Source: Chiloscyllium plagiosum (lineage: Eukaryota). Taken from it: a stretch of DNA of 64,000 bases. The notes below the pieces were generated by a model, which was not told the DNA's origin, did no database searches, and worked only from the letters and a program-made list of their open reading frames with translations. Position 1 is the stretch's first letter. The number at the start of each line of letters is the position of its first letter. Shown here one piece after another: positions 12,671 through 26,957 of the stretch. The stretch is from contig NC_057719.1 in NCBI RefSeq assembly GCF_004010195.1, forward strand, positions 73,929,657-73,993,656. The letters run 5' to 3'. The position numbers and the translations under genes are program-made.

Positions 12671-14505
12671 GCGCAGAATATCTTGTTTTTAGTTAGATAA
12701 ATAAGGATTGAGATTTCCTTTGCTTAGAGGAAACTTCCAAAGCTTGAAAAGCTTTTGGTTTCAGTTTGGACATATCCTGGTAGAAGTTGGAAGTATGCAA
12801 CAGTTTCTCCTAGAGAAAGGGAATGGTTCATAAAAGTTATGAAATCGGTTACATCAACATAAGGGATTTTGTTTAAAAGTTCCTGATCTGAAGTGATTGG
12901 TTAGAACCTTGAAAGGATTATTTGAAGCTGAGAAAATTTAATCTCAGTTGTGTTGAAGACTCAATTAAGAGACGAGCAGATTCTCAAGAATTGAAAACAC
13001 CAATTAAGACAAGTTTATAAATACAGATCGAGTACTGTGAGAGGATACTGTTAGGATAGATGGACTATTGTATTTTTAATGTGTGTTTTAAAATTTTTCA
13101 AATTGTGTTTTATGTAAATAACTTGGTTTATTCCATTTTCTCTTTCTGTTTGTGTAATAAACATCTATTTTATTGTTAAAACAAGATGTAGATCAAGGAG
13201 TGCTCATATTTTAGTGAAAGACCACCTCTACATTTTTTTTAAAATGACTTATTAAGCCAGACTTTAGTCTGGGATCTGATCTGTCAAGTAATAACATCAG
13301 CTGGGATCATAATGCAAGAAGAGGTAGTGAAAGGAGAAATGCTTTTGTGATTCTACAGTAGATACAATGTATACTTTGTTCTCACACAGGAATGCAAGAG
13401 CCTAACAAGAAAATAATCATTCATGGGTAACGAACCAGAATGAATCAGACAAATTAGAATAGGAGAACACCCTACTTTCAGTGGTCATGACATTGTAAGT
13501 TCAAAATTAGGATGGTTGACACAAATAAAACAAAGACAAAGGTAACAGTTTAGAAAAGAGCACATTATAAGGAAATAAGGATAGATGTAAAGAAACCGTG
13601 AGAGAACTTATAATACAAAGGTGGAAAAACAGTAAAAAATCTGAAAAGGTTAGTCAGTAGAATTATAAAGAGAACCTTAATGGGGTCTGAATGACGTGAG
13701 CTCTGGTGAGATGCGTAATAAAATCGGGGAAATAGGGTGAGGCCCATCTTGACACTGAGATCATTTTGTTCCATCCTTTATGCTCGCCACAAGCAGCATG
13801 GTGAAATTCTTGCTAGGCAGTGGCCAGTTACGCAACTGATGTTACTATTCCTGGTTAAACATGTTGTTAATGCCACATTTTTGCCTCCTCAATATTTAGA
13901 GTATCATCTGACCAGACTCAAGCAAAAAAGCTGGATATCAGGGTATCTCGACAAGAAAACCAAGAGCAAGCACCTGGCAGATTCAGCTCACCACCCGCTC
14001 TGAAAGACTTGCATGTCACCAACATCTGAGGCACACTCCATTGGGACCAGCCACAGGTATCTCTGTATCCACGGATATTAGCATCTGACATGTGCCTCTA
14101 CAAGCTCTCAAGGCACAAATCCAATCAACTTCTCAATGCTTCTGCACTTCAATGCTATACCTCACGCTGCACCAGCAGCTGTCATTGTGATGCTGCAGCA
14201 AGGACACTGTGTGCTCAGGGACATGCACACAGCTCATTGACAGGACCAGGCTGCGTGTTAATGGAATAGCACACAGTCAGTCTGAGCCTACCTGGATACT
14301 CACAGCATCCCCACTTTGCATTGCCTTGCCTTGACTTTGTTCCTGCTGTCTTGCTGCACTGTTTAATGTAGACAGGAAGCTTGGCATGGTTGTCAGGAGG
14401 CCTCAGTCAAGTCAGTGGAAAAAGCCTTTATTTGGGGCACATTAAGTCAAAGACAGCCTCCAAAACCAGTCCAGGAGATTCATCGTCTGGATTCTCTCCA
14501 CATAT

Positions 14506-14867
14506 GGGGTGGCACGGTGGCTCAGTGGTTAGCACTGCTGCCTCACAGCGCCAGGGACCCAGGTTCGATTCCAGCCTTGGGTGACTGTCTGTGTGGAGTT
14601 TGTACATTCTCCCCGTGTCTGCATGGGTTTCCTCCAGGTGCTCCGGTTTCCTCCCACAGTCCAAGGTTGTGCAGGTTAGGTGAATTGGCCATGCAAAATT
14701 GCCCATAGTGTTAGGTGCATTAGTCAGGGGTGAATGTAGGGGAATGTGTTTGGGTGGGTTGCTCTTCAGAGGGTCGGTGTGGACTTGTTGGGCCGAAGGG
14801 CCTGTTTTCACACTGTCGGGAATCTAATCTAATCTAATCTAATCTAATCTAATCTAATCTAATCTAA
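14506..14867 (+). mobile_element. Young full-length tRNA-derived SINE (HE1/SacSINE type)
   Basis: Pol III A-box TGGCTCAGTGG at 14518-14528, B-box GGTTCGATTCC at 14562-14572, (AATCT)n tail, short atatgg flanking duplication. Confidence 0.9.
14821..14867 (+). repeat. (AATCT)n microsatellite, SINE tail
   Basis: About 9 perfect units. Confidence 0.95.
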
Positions 14868-16484
14868 TATGGCACCAGACATCTAACAGCTCACCATCCA
14901 TCCTGACCATGACTGTCCTACTGGGGCTGATTTCCTGCTGGAATGAGAGAAAAGAAGGAGTTAAGGGAAATGAAAGTGGTTAGCACCATGGTCATTTTTG
15001 GTCTAGGTGGGGAAGTGTACTGAGTGAGTAGGCAGCATTGAGGACGTGTAGGGTTACTGGTGGTGGGTGAGAGCAATGGTGAAAGATGTTGCAAGCAATA
15101 GTGAGAGTGGTAGAGCATGAACATTGGTGGAAGGTGGGTACAGTGGCAGAAACAGAGTGACTGTGAGTTATTAGAGGGAAGATGATTGCACCTATGCTGG
15201 CAGAGTGGAAAAGATCATTGACCTCCTTCACTCTGCCATGCAGTCGTCCAGACATCTGAGAGTGCAGAGCAGGATTTCAATCTTGGACGAAGCTGGTATG
15301 GTCTGGTGTCACGGCATTAACTTCTGGTCCTTGGGGGAAGACAAAGTTCTGCCTGTACACCACCCTACCCAGCAGGAGCCCCTGCAAAGGGTATCTATTT
15401 CTCCCGATCTGCCTGTCCAGGGTGAATGTCAGACGCTTTGTGGGGAATCTCTGAACTGACGGGTCTTGTCTGGATGCAGGCTCAAGAGTTGTCAAAGAAT
15501 GCTGGGATATCTGCTGTGTGGTGATTTGTTCCCAGAAATTGGACATGAGCCACGGCAGAGAGGAGTGGTGGGTAATCAATGAGGCACGTTTGGTAAGACA
15601 GAGCAAAAGAACTTGCGAGCCACATGTTGAAAAACACTCCAAAAAAACTCAGTGCAACTCAGACTTGGCCAAAAATGTACAATAAAACTGACAGGAACTT
15701 ATACCACAGAAACAGTCCATTCAATTAATAATACATGTGATGGCTTTTCGAAAGCGCTTAGCTCCACAGGCCTCAATTTTTGTCCAATAATCTGTCAGCT
15801 TCTACCTGTTGGCCTTCCTTCTAAAATTATTTACAGTATCAATTTCCATCTTTTCCATGATAAATACCACAACCAGCTGGGTATTTGGCCAAAGATTTTG
15901 AATCTGTGATCTTTAATTTTGTCTCCTGCCTTGCAGAGGTTTACTGTCTCTACTTCATCAAAACTTCTCATGATCTTGAAAACCTCTATTAGGTCACACC
16001 TCTTTAGCTACTCGATTCCACAGAGAGCTGACCCAAACTTCTAACATCTCTTCATAACTGATGACATTATTCCCTAATGATTCCTGGAAAGCTTCCATAG
16101 GGTTGTTTCCACATTGTATTTGAATACTCAAGGTATCAGATCCTTTTTCATAAAGCATGTCTTGAATAATACTGCATTTTTACATTAGTCTTCCCAAATT
16201 GCAGGATTTCACACTTCTCTGGTTTGAATTCAACCAGCAATTTTTTTCCTATTTTTCCCTCCCGATTATGTCACCTTGAAATCTGCATTCCTATCCTCAT
16301 GCCTATCCACTGCACTGACATGTTTCTTATCACCTGCAAACACCAAAATGCTACATTCAGTTCTAGATTGTTTAATGCAAGTTGCAAAGAGTAATAGGCC
16401 CAAAACTGATACTGGAGAGACTCTATTGCAACCTACCTCCCAGTCTAAAAATATTCAGCTTTTACCACCTTTTCATGCCTGAAG

Positions 16485-16970
16485 TGCAATGGAAATACCT
16501 TTCTCGCATGGATGAGAGTAGCTCCAACAACTCTCAAAAAGCTTGATACTATCCAGGACAAAGCAGCCCACCTGATTGGCATTACACCCATAAACATCAA
16601 CTCCCTCTACTACTGATGTTCAGTAGCAGCAGTGTATCCTATCTACAAAATGCGCTGCAGAAATTTGCCAACACTCCTTCGACATCACTTTCCAAAACCA
16701 TGACTGTTTCCATCTAGCAGAATAAGGGCAGCAGACACATGGGAACACCATCAGCTGCAAGTTCCCTTTCAAATCAGTCACCATCCTGACTTGGAAATAT
16801 ATTACTGCTCTGTCAATGTCATTGGATCAAAATCTTGGAATTCCCTCTCTAATGTCATTGCGGTCTACCTACAGCTCATAGGCTGCAGCAGTTCAAGAAG
16901 CCAACTTACCACCACCTTCTTTAGGGCAACTAGGGATGGGCAATACTGGTCCATGTCCCACAAGTGAACT
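16485..16970 (+). mobile_element. LINE 3' end (same family as 57915-58965)
   Basis: Shared aagcttgatac.atccaggacaaagcag ... gggcaactagggatgggcaata. Confidence 0.7.
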
Positions 16971-17950
16971 TTTAAAAAAAGTTTAAAGAAGAGCTGGATT
17001 TTTTAAAGAATGAGCAAGATAAAATTAGGCCAGGATTCAAGTTGCACCTGCTCCAGAGGTGTTTAATAATATCAACAGATAGAAATGGAGAAACAGTTGA
17101 CAACATTGTGAAACCTAAAGACAGATATTTTCTAGTCAACCAGTTCAGAGATGTTAATAAACACTCTGGAGAGGGTGGAACTTGAATCTGGGCCTAAATT
17201 CCTGTGTCTGGATGTTCTGCACCTGTGCACACTAATGGAAACTGCATGGCATAAACATGTTATATTAAAAAAATGTTCCACAGGAAATACTACAGAAGAC
17301 TATGAATAATGAATGTGGTACCTATATTCAAAAAGAGGGTTAGAGCAAAGTCTACGAAATCGTGAGAAATATGCTCAGTATCTATGATAAGAAAAATACA
17401 ATAACTGATAGAAGAACGTTAAATGAGAAACAAATAAAATTAGTTTGTATTCCAAAAGACTGAAAAATATTGCTGAAAAGAGAGACATATTGCTGAGGAT
17501 TTTCATTTTGTACTCATCAGGACACATGCAAGAATACAAAACTTCAAACGATCACAACAATTTATATTGCAGGAGAAGATGGTGCTGATTGGATACAAGG
17601 ATGACTCTGATTTGCCAGGGCAACAGGGAGCTATAGGCTTGCTGACCTGCTAGGAAATTAAAACAAAATACAATACGAACCTTTTGTTTGCAGACAACAG
17701 GTCCCTGTGAATGAATATACATCACTTCCACCCATCTATAGTAAGCCATGTTACAAGCTAGACTGATGATCTCGTATTGGTTTAGTGTAGCTATTAGCAG
17801 ACTCAGGATTCTTCAGCAAGTGCTACCCAATCATAGAATCACCTCTAACATTAGACATTTAGTTTTGGTTCATGGCCGAGTCTACTTTGTGTGTTATGAA
17901 CAACCAAAGGAATATGATGTTGATTTAATCAGTCAATTTTTGAGACATAC

Positions 17951-18154
17951 CTAGGTGCCTGGCATTTTACCACCACTAAAATCCAAATGCCACATTGCTT
18001 AATTGTGTGGGGACAGAGCATCATTTTTGGACTAATGGGAACATGCTGTTAGTGCAAAATACTACTCAGATAGCCACTGAGTTGTAACAACATGATGTGA
18101 TTGGCTTAACTTTTTGTCCACAATCTTGAGACGATTTGCTTTTCCGGAGTAATC
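17951..18154 (-). pseudogene. iGluR-like exon 7 (start of S1 ligand-binding segment), stops and frameshift
   Basis: Strong acceptor ttgttttctttcccattag| and donor AG|GTATGT. LSQSHHVVTT ~ LSNRSLIVTT; CGIWILVV ~ EGYCIDLL in a shifted frame. Phase-2 end matches the next exon. Confidence 0.6.
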
Positions 18155-20275
18155 CTAATGGGAAAGAAAACAAATGCAATACACTTCATCATGACAGCCA
18201 AACATTACAGAACATTTTATGACCAATAATTGCAGCTTATTTTTGAAGTACAGACACTGTTGTGAAAAGCTCAGTGAAATAAGGAGGATTAGCCTTGTCT
18301 GTTCTGTAGGCTTCTTGATGTCCAACTTGTGTTTACATGGCAATGGTCATGGAGCAGGTTTCCTGCCCAACACAAATAGAGAGAATTCATTATGAAATCA
18401 GTATGAATTGCTTTCGCAAGGCATTTTTATTATATAAGGTGCTGCACAGGAAAGCAACACTCAGCCAAAGTATAAGTGACTTAATCCTTCACCTCAAAGA
18501 CGGCACCAATGACAATAGAATGTTTCCTCATTGCTGCACAGAAGTCTCAACATAGCCTGGGTGGAATATTTTCCTGTTTAAAAATATCCCAAGAATAGGA
18601 CCATTACCAAGCTATAATAACAAGTCTGAGTACCTTCTGAGATGTGGCCTGAGTAATGATTTCCCCAATCTGGCAACAAATGTCTGTATTGATCATTCAC
18701 TGCGGCCAGATGGGTGACTTTTGTGGCTTTCACTTCTGGCCAGGTCACCACCAGAGACAGGACTTCCTCTGCCCACCAACTTGGCATCATCCCATACCAC
18801 ATGCAAGTCTGCCTCTGTGGGACTAGGTCAAGTGGTTTCAATCTTTCATGGGATATGGGTGCTGCAGGCAAGGTCAGGGGCATTTATTGCCCATCCCTAA
18901 AATGCCCTTGAGAGGAGGGTGGACAGCTGCCTTTGTTCAGGAGAAAGTTCCAGAATATGGCCCTAATTCTACCCTCTGTGCTGAGGCCTGCAGTATTGCT
19001 TAAACATACAGCCTCAGCTGCAAGGGTGCTACCAACTAAGACAAGTTGATATGAAAGAGATAAGGGAGAAAATTAAATAAAAGTGGGAATGAGAAAGAGG
19101 TTAGCAATTTGTTTTTGCAAAAAGGCACTGTTTTCTGCAGTGATATGGACAAATTCTGGTCCAGTGCTATGAATCAACACTTTAGAATTCAGGATACACT
19201 ATTAAACAATGCATCTCTTGCATTATTCAAAATAAAATACTTTTCAGTAGATGTGAAACAATCCCTTAAACCCTTCCAGCTACTAAATGATTTGCCTTTT
19301 GAATTACACTCCTGCTGTCTTAGTTTCAGTCTACTTATTTAATTCTGTTTACATTACAGCAATAAAGCTTATCTGTACTGTTTACAACCTGCTACAAACA
19401 CTGTCATCGAAAAATATCTATCCTGTAAGAAATATTTGCAAAAATGGACAGGCCAGACAAACTATTGTATTTTTTCACTAACAATAGAAATCAAATACCA
19501 AAGCTGCTTTGTTTCAATACACATACTTAGACTGGCCAATTAATTCAAAATTATTGACATTTCTCTTGCATTTCACTTTTGGCATGTCTATTGCTTCTTG
19601 ACTGATCTATCTCTCAATAATTTTAAAAACAACAGGATGGAATCTTTCCATTCCCTGAACAATTGGCGATTTGGGAGTAAAGGGTGAGAACAACAATAAT
19701 GAGATTTGCAATGTCAAGAGCAAAATGCCCGATTCTCCAACCAAGCTTTGAACAGCAAGCTGAGAATCTTGCTAGTGAGCAATAACAGGCCTAATCCCAT
19801 CCATTTTCTTGAGTTAGCATGTCTTTATTGCCTAATTTCACTTCATTTATATACTGTTTTCCATTCTTCCACCCGCTGGATAAAAACTTGATGGCAACAA
19901 TTCTCAACATGTAAGTCAGAGCAGATACCTGCAACTCTTGCTTTCTGCTAACCTTATTTTGGGCTGTGTTCTCCTGGAATGAGACAAAGGGAAGGGATTG
20001 ATTTGCCTTCAAATCTCCTTCAATGGCAATTTCCAATTCTATGACAATTTCAATGTAGAAGGACAAAGGCAGCAGATAAACGGGAATACCAGAACCTGCA
20101 GGTTCCCCTCCAAGCCACACATTAACCTGGTTTGGAAATATATCATCTTTCCTTCACTGTGGTTAGGTCAAAATGATGAAACTCCCACCCTAAAGACATT
20201 GTGAGTCAACCTACAGCACATTGATTTCAGCAGTTCAAGAAAGCAGCTCACCATCACTTTCTGAAGGACAATTAA

Positions 20276-20607
20276 GGTGGCACAGTGTCTCAGTTGCTGC
20301 CTCACAGCACAAGAAAACTGGATTTGAATCCAGCCTTGGGTGACTGTCTGTGTGCGGAGCTTGCACATTCTCCCTACGTCTGTGTGATTTTCCGACAGGT
20401 GCTGCAGTTTCTTCCCACAGACCAGGTTAGGGATTGGCCATGTTAAACTGCCCATTGTGTCCAGGCTTCTGCAGGCTAGTCAGGCTAGCCATGGTAATTG
20501 AAGGGTTACTGGGATAGGGTAGGAGTTGGGTTTGGCGGGATGCTCTTTGATATGGATTCCGTGGACTGAATGGTCTCTTTCCACACTGTAGGGATTCTAT
20601 GATTCTA
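20276..20607 (+). mobile_element. tRNA-derived SINE inserted in a LINE 3' end (~20030-20665)
   Basis: SINE body as at 14506; LINE tail resumes with gggatgggcaataaatgttggcccagcc. Confidence 0.75.
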
Positions 20608-22389
20608 ATGAGGGATGGGCAATAAATGTTGGCCCAGCCAACAATGCCCCCATCCCACCTGAATAAACAAAGGGTAGCTGGCATTGCAATTAGCACTGGT
20701 TCAGCTGGGTGTAAGGTGGTGACGTTACTCAAGTGAGTGATTAGGCAATGCAGCAGCTCATCAGGGTCAGTGATGTGATGACAGTGGCTGGGTGACAGCA
20801 TGTAAGGGAAGAAGTTGCATATAAGCAAGAGGGGTGAGGTTCGATGGGAAGTAGGTCTAGTAGCAGACTTACAGCGAGTGTGAGGAAGCAGAGAGAAGAT
20901 GGTGGTAATTACATTCTCATTGCATTGCTGCATGTATCTCTGGACTGTGGAAACAGCACTGACCCAAGTGATAACTTAAGGACCATCAGGAAATCCAGGG
21001 CCCTGTTAGTAAAGCAGAGTATCAACTTTCCTCTGTCTGTCATGCCCAGTGCAGTCCTGAGATGATAGAACTGTGCAGGGCTGTGTAGAAATGACAGCAC
21101 TTAACCTGGTATACAACTGCGTTTTAAATATAGGGCCCACACCAGAAATCTCAGAGGTCTTGACATTGGCGAGTACTTCCACTGGTGTCAAATATGATGA
21201 GTGTGGCCCCACAGAAGTTTGGGAAGAGGTAATAAAATGTGTTTTAAAAAATAGTGAGCAATCCCACTTGGGCTCACAGAGAGAAATCTGCCAAAATTGA
21301 AACTTAGCTGATTTCTGGTAAAATTCAGTCCACCATGTGAATGTTTGGAAGATGCTGAATTGAATAAAAGAGAACGTTTACTGCACTTGACTTACAATAT
21401 TTCGTCATTTCAAAGTATGAAAGTTAAAAGCAAGCATTTGATAAAGTAAAAGACATTTATTTTAAAAATATTACCTGCTGTACATCAAAATAGCTGGTAT
21501 TTATGCAAAATTTTAATGTAAACATCCTATGGCACTTTACAAGTGTGTTATCAAACTAATTGTGCAGTGAGATAGGGAGACTTTACAGCCAATGGCTAAA
21601 GACTTGGTCAAGCATAGAGATGATTTGTCACATGTCAAAAGAGGTGAAAATGTAGGTGAGTAGAGAGGTTGAGCAATGGAATTCTAAAGCTGAGAGTTGA
21701 AGTATCTGGTGGCATATAGCACAAGAGGCTGCTTTTCTTCGCTCTTGTTTCTGGTTGCATCTTAACATTGCCAGGGACTAAAATAAGTTTCCCCATCGAA
21801 ATAGACATTTAACTTCACAGCTGCTAAGAAGAGACCATGGTGCAAATTGCACCGATGAGTCGAAATTCAACCCAACACCAAGTAGCTTAACTCAGTTGGA
21901 CACACAAAGAAAATCATGTCTTTCACCAAAAGAGTTCATTTTGTTTTTCAAAACGATAGTGTTCCTAAATAAGGTATGAGCAAAATTTGACAGGGGTGAT
22001 CAATATTTTTTCTGCTATAAGTATATACTCACTTTACAAGTTATATTGTGGAAAGCTTTTTAAAAAGCATTGAATATACGTTATTCCATCTTTATACAAT
22101 TACATGTCATCTCAATTCCTTTCCAGCTGAGTGCTGTGCACTGAGAACTGGCATGCATTATGTGTTTTTGGCTTTACATCTGATGTTTCTTTCCAAATCA
22201 TAAATCCTATCTGCTGTTTATAGTTCTAGAAGACTTCAAAGTCATTTTGGCACCTGCTTACATATAACTATCAAAAATCTGTTCTCACCATTTGTGGCAG
22301 AGACTCAGCTCTCTCTTCCCGACTGATGGGTTAGAGTTACATCGGAGATGAGCATTAGTTGCACTGATACTTTTTACAGCAATCCACCA

Positions 22390-22538
22390 GTGTCCAGTGC
22401 AAGCATCTATCTGTCCAAGCAAATATCTGCAACAACATCTGGCCTCTAATTTGATCTATCTTTTTTTGAGCATATGTGGGAGGAATTGCTGTAGAATTCA
22501 AGTATGAATGGTCATAAGATGATTCATTCCATTGCAAC
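22390..22538 (-). pseudogene. Possible iGluR-like exon 6 (ATD-S1 linker)
   Basis: Polypyrimidine tract ending in ctg (possible mutated cag), then VA/WNESSY, loosely like IGTWDPAS. Position fits the exon order but similarity is weak. Confidence 0.25.
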
Positions 22539-22723
22539 CAGGACAGTAAATAGAAGGGTTAATAGTGGGTTAATGAGTTATAGCAGTAGACTGTCAACTT
22601 GTCACTCAGAAGAGGCTAAACCTAGCACTAACTTCTTTCTAGATCCTTTCACAATTGCTGAATGTCTCAAAGTGCTTTATAGCCATGAAGTACATTTTGC
22701 AATGCAGTCATTGTTATAATCTA

Positions 22724-23615
22724 AGAACGTAAGAACTAGGAGCAGGAGTAGGCCATCTGACCCCTCGAGCCTGCTCCACCATTCAATAAGATCTGTTTGT
22801 GGCCTTAGCTCTAATTAGCCGCATCCCCACCATAACCCTTAATTCCTTTACTGTGCAAAAATCTATCTATCTTTGCCTTAAAAACATTCAACAAGGTGGC
22901 CTCAACTGCTTCACTGGGCAGGGAATTCCATAGATTCACAATGCTTTGGGTGAAGATGTTCCTCCTCGACTCAATCCTAAATCTGGTCCCTCTTATTTTG
23001 AGGCTATGCCGTCTTGTCATAGTTTCATCTACCAGTGAAGACAATCTCCCTGCTTCTGTCTTATGTATTTCCTTCACAAGTTTGTATGTTTCCATAAGAA
23101 TCACCCCTCACTCTTCAAAATTCCAATGAGAATAGTCCCAGTCTACTCAATCTCTCCTCATAAGCCAACCCTCTCAACTCTGGAGTCAACCTCGTGAACC
23201 TCCTTTGCATCTTCTCTAATGCCAATACATCCTTTCTCAAGGAAGGAGACCAAAACAGTACACAGTACCCTAGTGTGGCCTCACCAGCACTCGATACTGT
23301 TGCAGCATGACCTCCCTATTTTTAAATTCCATCCCTCTAACAATAAAGGATAATATTCCATTTGCTTCTTAATTACCTGTTGCACCTACAAACCAAATAT
23401 TTTGTGATTCATGCAAAAGGACACCTAGGTCCCTCTGCACAGCAGCATGCTGCAATTTTTCACCATTTAAATAGTCAATTTTTCCATTATTTCTACTAAA
23501 ATGGATGACCTCACGTTTAACAACATTGTACTCCATCTGCCAGACCCTTGCCTACTCACTTAACCCACCTGTATCCCTTGGCAGTCTTTCAGTCTCCTCT
23601 GCACACTTTGCTCCA
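22724..23615 (-). mobile_element. CR1 LINE 3' portion
   Basis: ETYKLVK...RRNIFTQSIVNLWNSLP. Confidence 0.85.
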
Positions 23616-23696
23616 TGGAAACACGACAGCCACTTTGCAAGCACAAGCTCCTACAAACAGCAGTTTGATTATACTTAGATAGTCTGAGACATCAAT

Positions 23697-23965
23697 GATT
23701 AGATTAGATTACTTACAGTGTGGAAACAGGCCCTTCGGCCCAACAAGTCCACACCGACCCTCCCTTCACCTAACACTACGGGCAATTGAGCATGGCCAAT
23801 TCACCTAACCTGCACATTTTTGGACTGTGGGAGGAAACAGGTGCACCCGGAGGAAACCCACGCAGACAATGTCCAAACTCCATACAGACAGTTGCCTGAG
23901 ACAGGAATTGAACCCGGGACTCTGGCGCTGTGAGGCTGCAATGCTAACCACTCTGCCACCGTGCC
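23697..23965 (-). mobile_element. tRNA-derived SINE
   Basis: (TTAGA)n tail and reverse A/B boxes. Confidence 0.85.
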
Positions 23966-24432
23966 GTCTGTTTGAGTCAAATTGACAGAGCGATAAATAT
24001 TGGTCAGGATACCTGGGATAGTTCACGTTTTTCTTCAAAATAGCATGGTGAGACATTTCTGAAAGAGTTGAAGGAGCCCCAATCCAACATGTCATCCGCG
24101 AGTCAGCCTCTCCAGCATTTCATCATTACTATATTGGAAAGGCAGGTTGAATTTTTTGTGCTGAACATCTTGGAATATGATCTGACTCAGCAATGAGGTG
24201 CTAAAAGCTGGGTCACAGCTGGTGCCAAGTGCAAAGTTGTCTTTGTGGTCTGGCTGGCAGAGAAAGAAGCCACCAAATTCCCTGTGCAATCGAATCAACA
24301 AAAATTGTGCAATTTCGTTTAATGGCACAACTGGCGTGCAATGTTAGTTTCACTCCCTGATAGCAACTGGAATATCATAAACAATGGGAGAGAAATATCG
24401 AGGGAAAAGTTACAACAAACACTAGGAAAAGG

Positions 24433-24552
24433 CATGATTTGGAGATGCCGGTGTTGGACTGGGGTGTACAAAGTTAAAAATCACACAACACCAGGTTACA
24501 GTCCAACAATTAAACCTGTTGGACTATAACCTGGTGTTTTGTGTTTTTTAAC
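24433..24552. mobile_element. Internally deleted palindromic element, same family as 10203
   Basis: catgatttggagatgccggtgttggactggggtg...; flanking duplication actagga(a/t)aaggcatg. Confidence 0.75.
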
Positions 24553-25306
24553 TAGGATAAGGCATGTTAGGGATATCATCATTGTAAATGAATGATAAGT
24601 ATCATTATATACGTGTAAATCAACCACTAATTTCAGAAAATTAAGCGATGCATGCCTGATAATAATGTTTAATCCAGGAGGTTGATTTATGCAGCTCCAC
24701 TGTTTATGTTGCAAACATGGCAACTCGCTCTTGGGTCTCCCATTACTTGAAAGAAAGCTTGCTGGATGGCTTTGGGGCTTATGAGGGGGTAGGATGGTTT
24801 ACAGTGTCAGAAGGGAGAGGATTGATGGTCTTAGGGGACAGATTGTTTTATTCATTTGTGGGATGTGGATGTCACTAGCTGGCCAGCCTTCATTGCCCAT
24901 CCCTAGTTGCCCTTGAGAAGGTGATGGTGAGCTCACTTCCTGCAGTCTGCTTGCTATGGGTTGACCCACAATGCCATTGGGGAGGGAATTGGATGTCAGA
25001 GGACTTGAGGTGCAATTAGGAAGAAATTGAAAGAGTCAGGAAGATGTCTAATCATAGGTTTTGGGAAAAACAGGCAAGATAGATGCAGCAGGCAACTAGA
25101 AAGGCATTCAGCAACACTGACCTTTCTGTAGCTATTAGGTTTCTCAAGCATCAGGTAAACTCACTTCCGAGAAAAGTTGATTGGATCCAGATCATTGGTA
25201 GAGACTTATATTTTTAACAACTTAACCTCCTTAAACCTACCTGTACTTTTGAAATTAAAACTTCCCACTTTATATCTCATTCTCTTCCTGACTGACTCAA
25301 ACTCAC

Positions 25307-25662
25307 CCAAGTTCTTTCACCACCCTTCCAGTGCATGGAGACAAGATTGGAAGGAAGGGAGAAGCACTCTTGATAAAAATAAACTATAAAAGGACCTTAG
25401 TGATGGCTCCAATCTCTTTCCATCTCCCTTCAGCCTTCAGCTTTCCTGAGGAATGGAGGCTGTTTTAAATCAGCGTCTGCAGACCTCACTTTCTCCTCCA
25501 AGTTCTTTCACCACCCTTCCAGTGCATGGAGATAAGATTGGAAGGAAGGGAGAAGCACTCTTGATAAAAAATAAACTATAAAAGGACCTTAGTGATGGCT
25601 CCAATCTCTTTCCATCTCCCTTCAGCCTTCAGCTTTCCTGAGGAATGGAGGCTGTTTTAAAT
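25307..25662. repeat. Near-perfect direct duplication of ~165 bp with a 27-bp spacer
   Basis: 25307-25470 vs 25498-25662; one substitution and one A indel seen. Confidence 0.95.
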
Positions 25663-25954
25663 ATCTTAATGCTGAGCTGTGTGCCGAGATAGTAAATATT
25701 GCAGGAGCCTTTTGATGTAGGGTCAAACATGATCTTTTGTAACTATAAAATGGTAAACACTGGCTACATATTGGGAAAATCACCACTGCCACAAAGCTGC
25801 ATATGAGAACAATGTTTTAGAAATCATGTGATCATGCTTGTAGGAAGCACAACAGCAAATTTGTGAGCAGCAAGCTCCCACAAACAAAAAGTTGATAATA
25901 AGCAGATACTTCATTGGTACCTATAAGTATAATAATGATGCAAACATTGTAGGT

Positions 25955-26250
25955 ATCATAGAATCCATACAGTGTGGAAACAGACCATTTTGGCCAAACA
26001 AATCCACACTGACCCTCCAAAGAGTAACCCATCCAGACCCATTCCTCTACATTTCCCCTGACTAATGCACCTACCTTAAGCATCCCTGAACACTATGGGC
26101 AATTTAGTACATCTCAGACTGTAGGAAGAAAGCAGAACACCTGGAGGAAACCGGTGCAGACACAGGGAGAATGTACAAACTCCACACAGACAGTCACCCA
26201 AGGTTAGAATCAAACCTGGGTCCCTGTCACTGTGAGCCATGGTGCCACCC
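25955..26250 (-). mobile_element. tRNA-derived SINE with internal deletions
   Basis: Reverse-complement SINE body. Confidence 0.8.
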
Positions 26251-26600
26251 TTTATTGACATAGTCCCATCAAGTTTTCACACTAGTGGCCATCCACCTCT
26301 CAACATGTCTCTGTTTATAAGTGGGGGTTAGTTTGTGCAACTTTAAACTGGCCAAACTATATACATTGACACTGCCTCACCCTGTCATACATAAAATTGG
26401 AGCAGAGACACAATTAGGCCCTCAGTTGGCCACTGAAGGAACCACAATAAGCCTAAGCGTAGCTGTGTTGCCTAACATCACCGAACTTCACTCACAAATA
26501 CAACAATGAGGCAGAATGGCTAAGAAAATCAACCCAAGGGCATATCTGGGAGGTGTCACAGAAATTAAAGAAAGCAGTCTTGTCAATGGTAAAGACATAT

Positions 26601-26957
26601 CTTTATTTTTGTCCAGTTCCAGTAGAATTGACACAAGTGGATGACAAGATGAGTTGGACTCACTCTGTCGCATTCTGATATTTATTGTGTCCCGTTAAAA
26701 ATTGGACAGAATCAGTGCAACATGAATAGAATATGTACCAATTTGTACTTTTGACTTCCAATATGGATCATAAAACCACCAGCAGTCATGGAGTGTTTAG
26801 TTTTATGCTGTGGGTCCACCATGTGTGCGTTTCTTCAGAAATATTACATTACTGGTATTTTTGATACAACAAACGATTCAGAAAAGAGATATGGATTTTC
26901 AAGACATTTCTTCAGTGCACAATTTACCTGCGTCACTGAGTAAGTCCTCACAAGTTA
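26601..26957 (-). pseudogene. iGluR-like exon 5 (ATD C-terminal part), frameshifted
   Basis: ctctattcag| acceptor. LLSDA ~ LMYDA; DCWWFYDPYWKSKVQI (26740-26787) ~ GluA2 DCLANPAVPWGQGVEI; VQFLTGH ~ VQFEGLTG; VIHL..WTKI ~ VISL..EKI. Motifs lie in different frames. 3' end uncertain (possible mutated donor AAG|ATATGT). Confidence 0.6.

Larger units (their letters stand above)
13790..15785. mobile_element. Degenerate DNA transposon, possibly PIF/Harbinger-type
   Basis: Several hundred bp (~14040-14460) are homologous to ~32545-32960. Minus-strand KEVNDLFHS remnant resembles the Myb/SANT-like partner ORF. Family assignment is inference. Confidence 0.4.

Noticed and set aside
14506..14580. tRNA-like A/B boxes
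   Set aside because: Head of a multi-copy SINE, not a tRNA gene.
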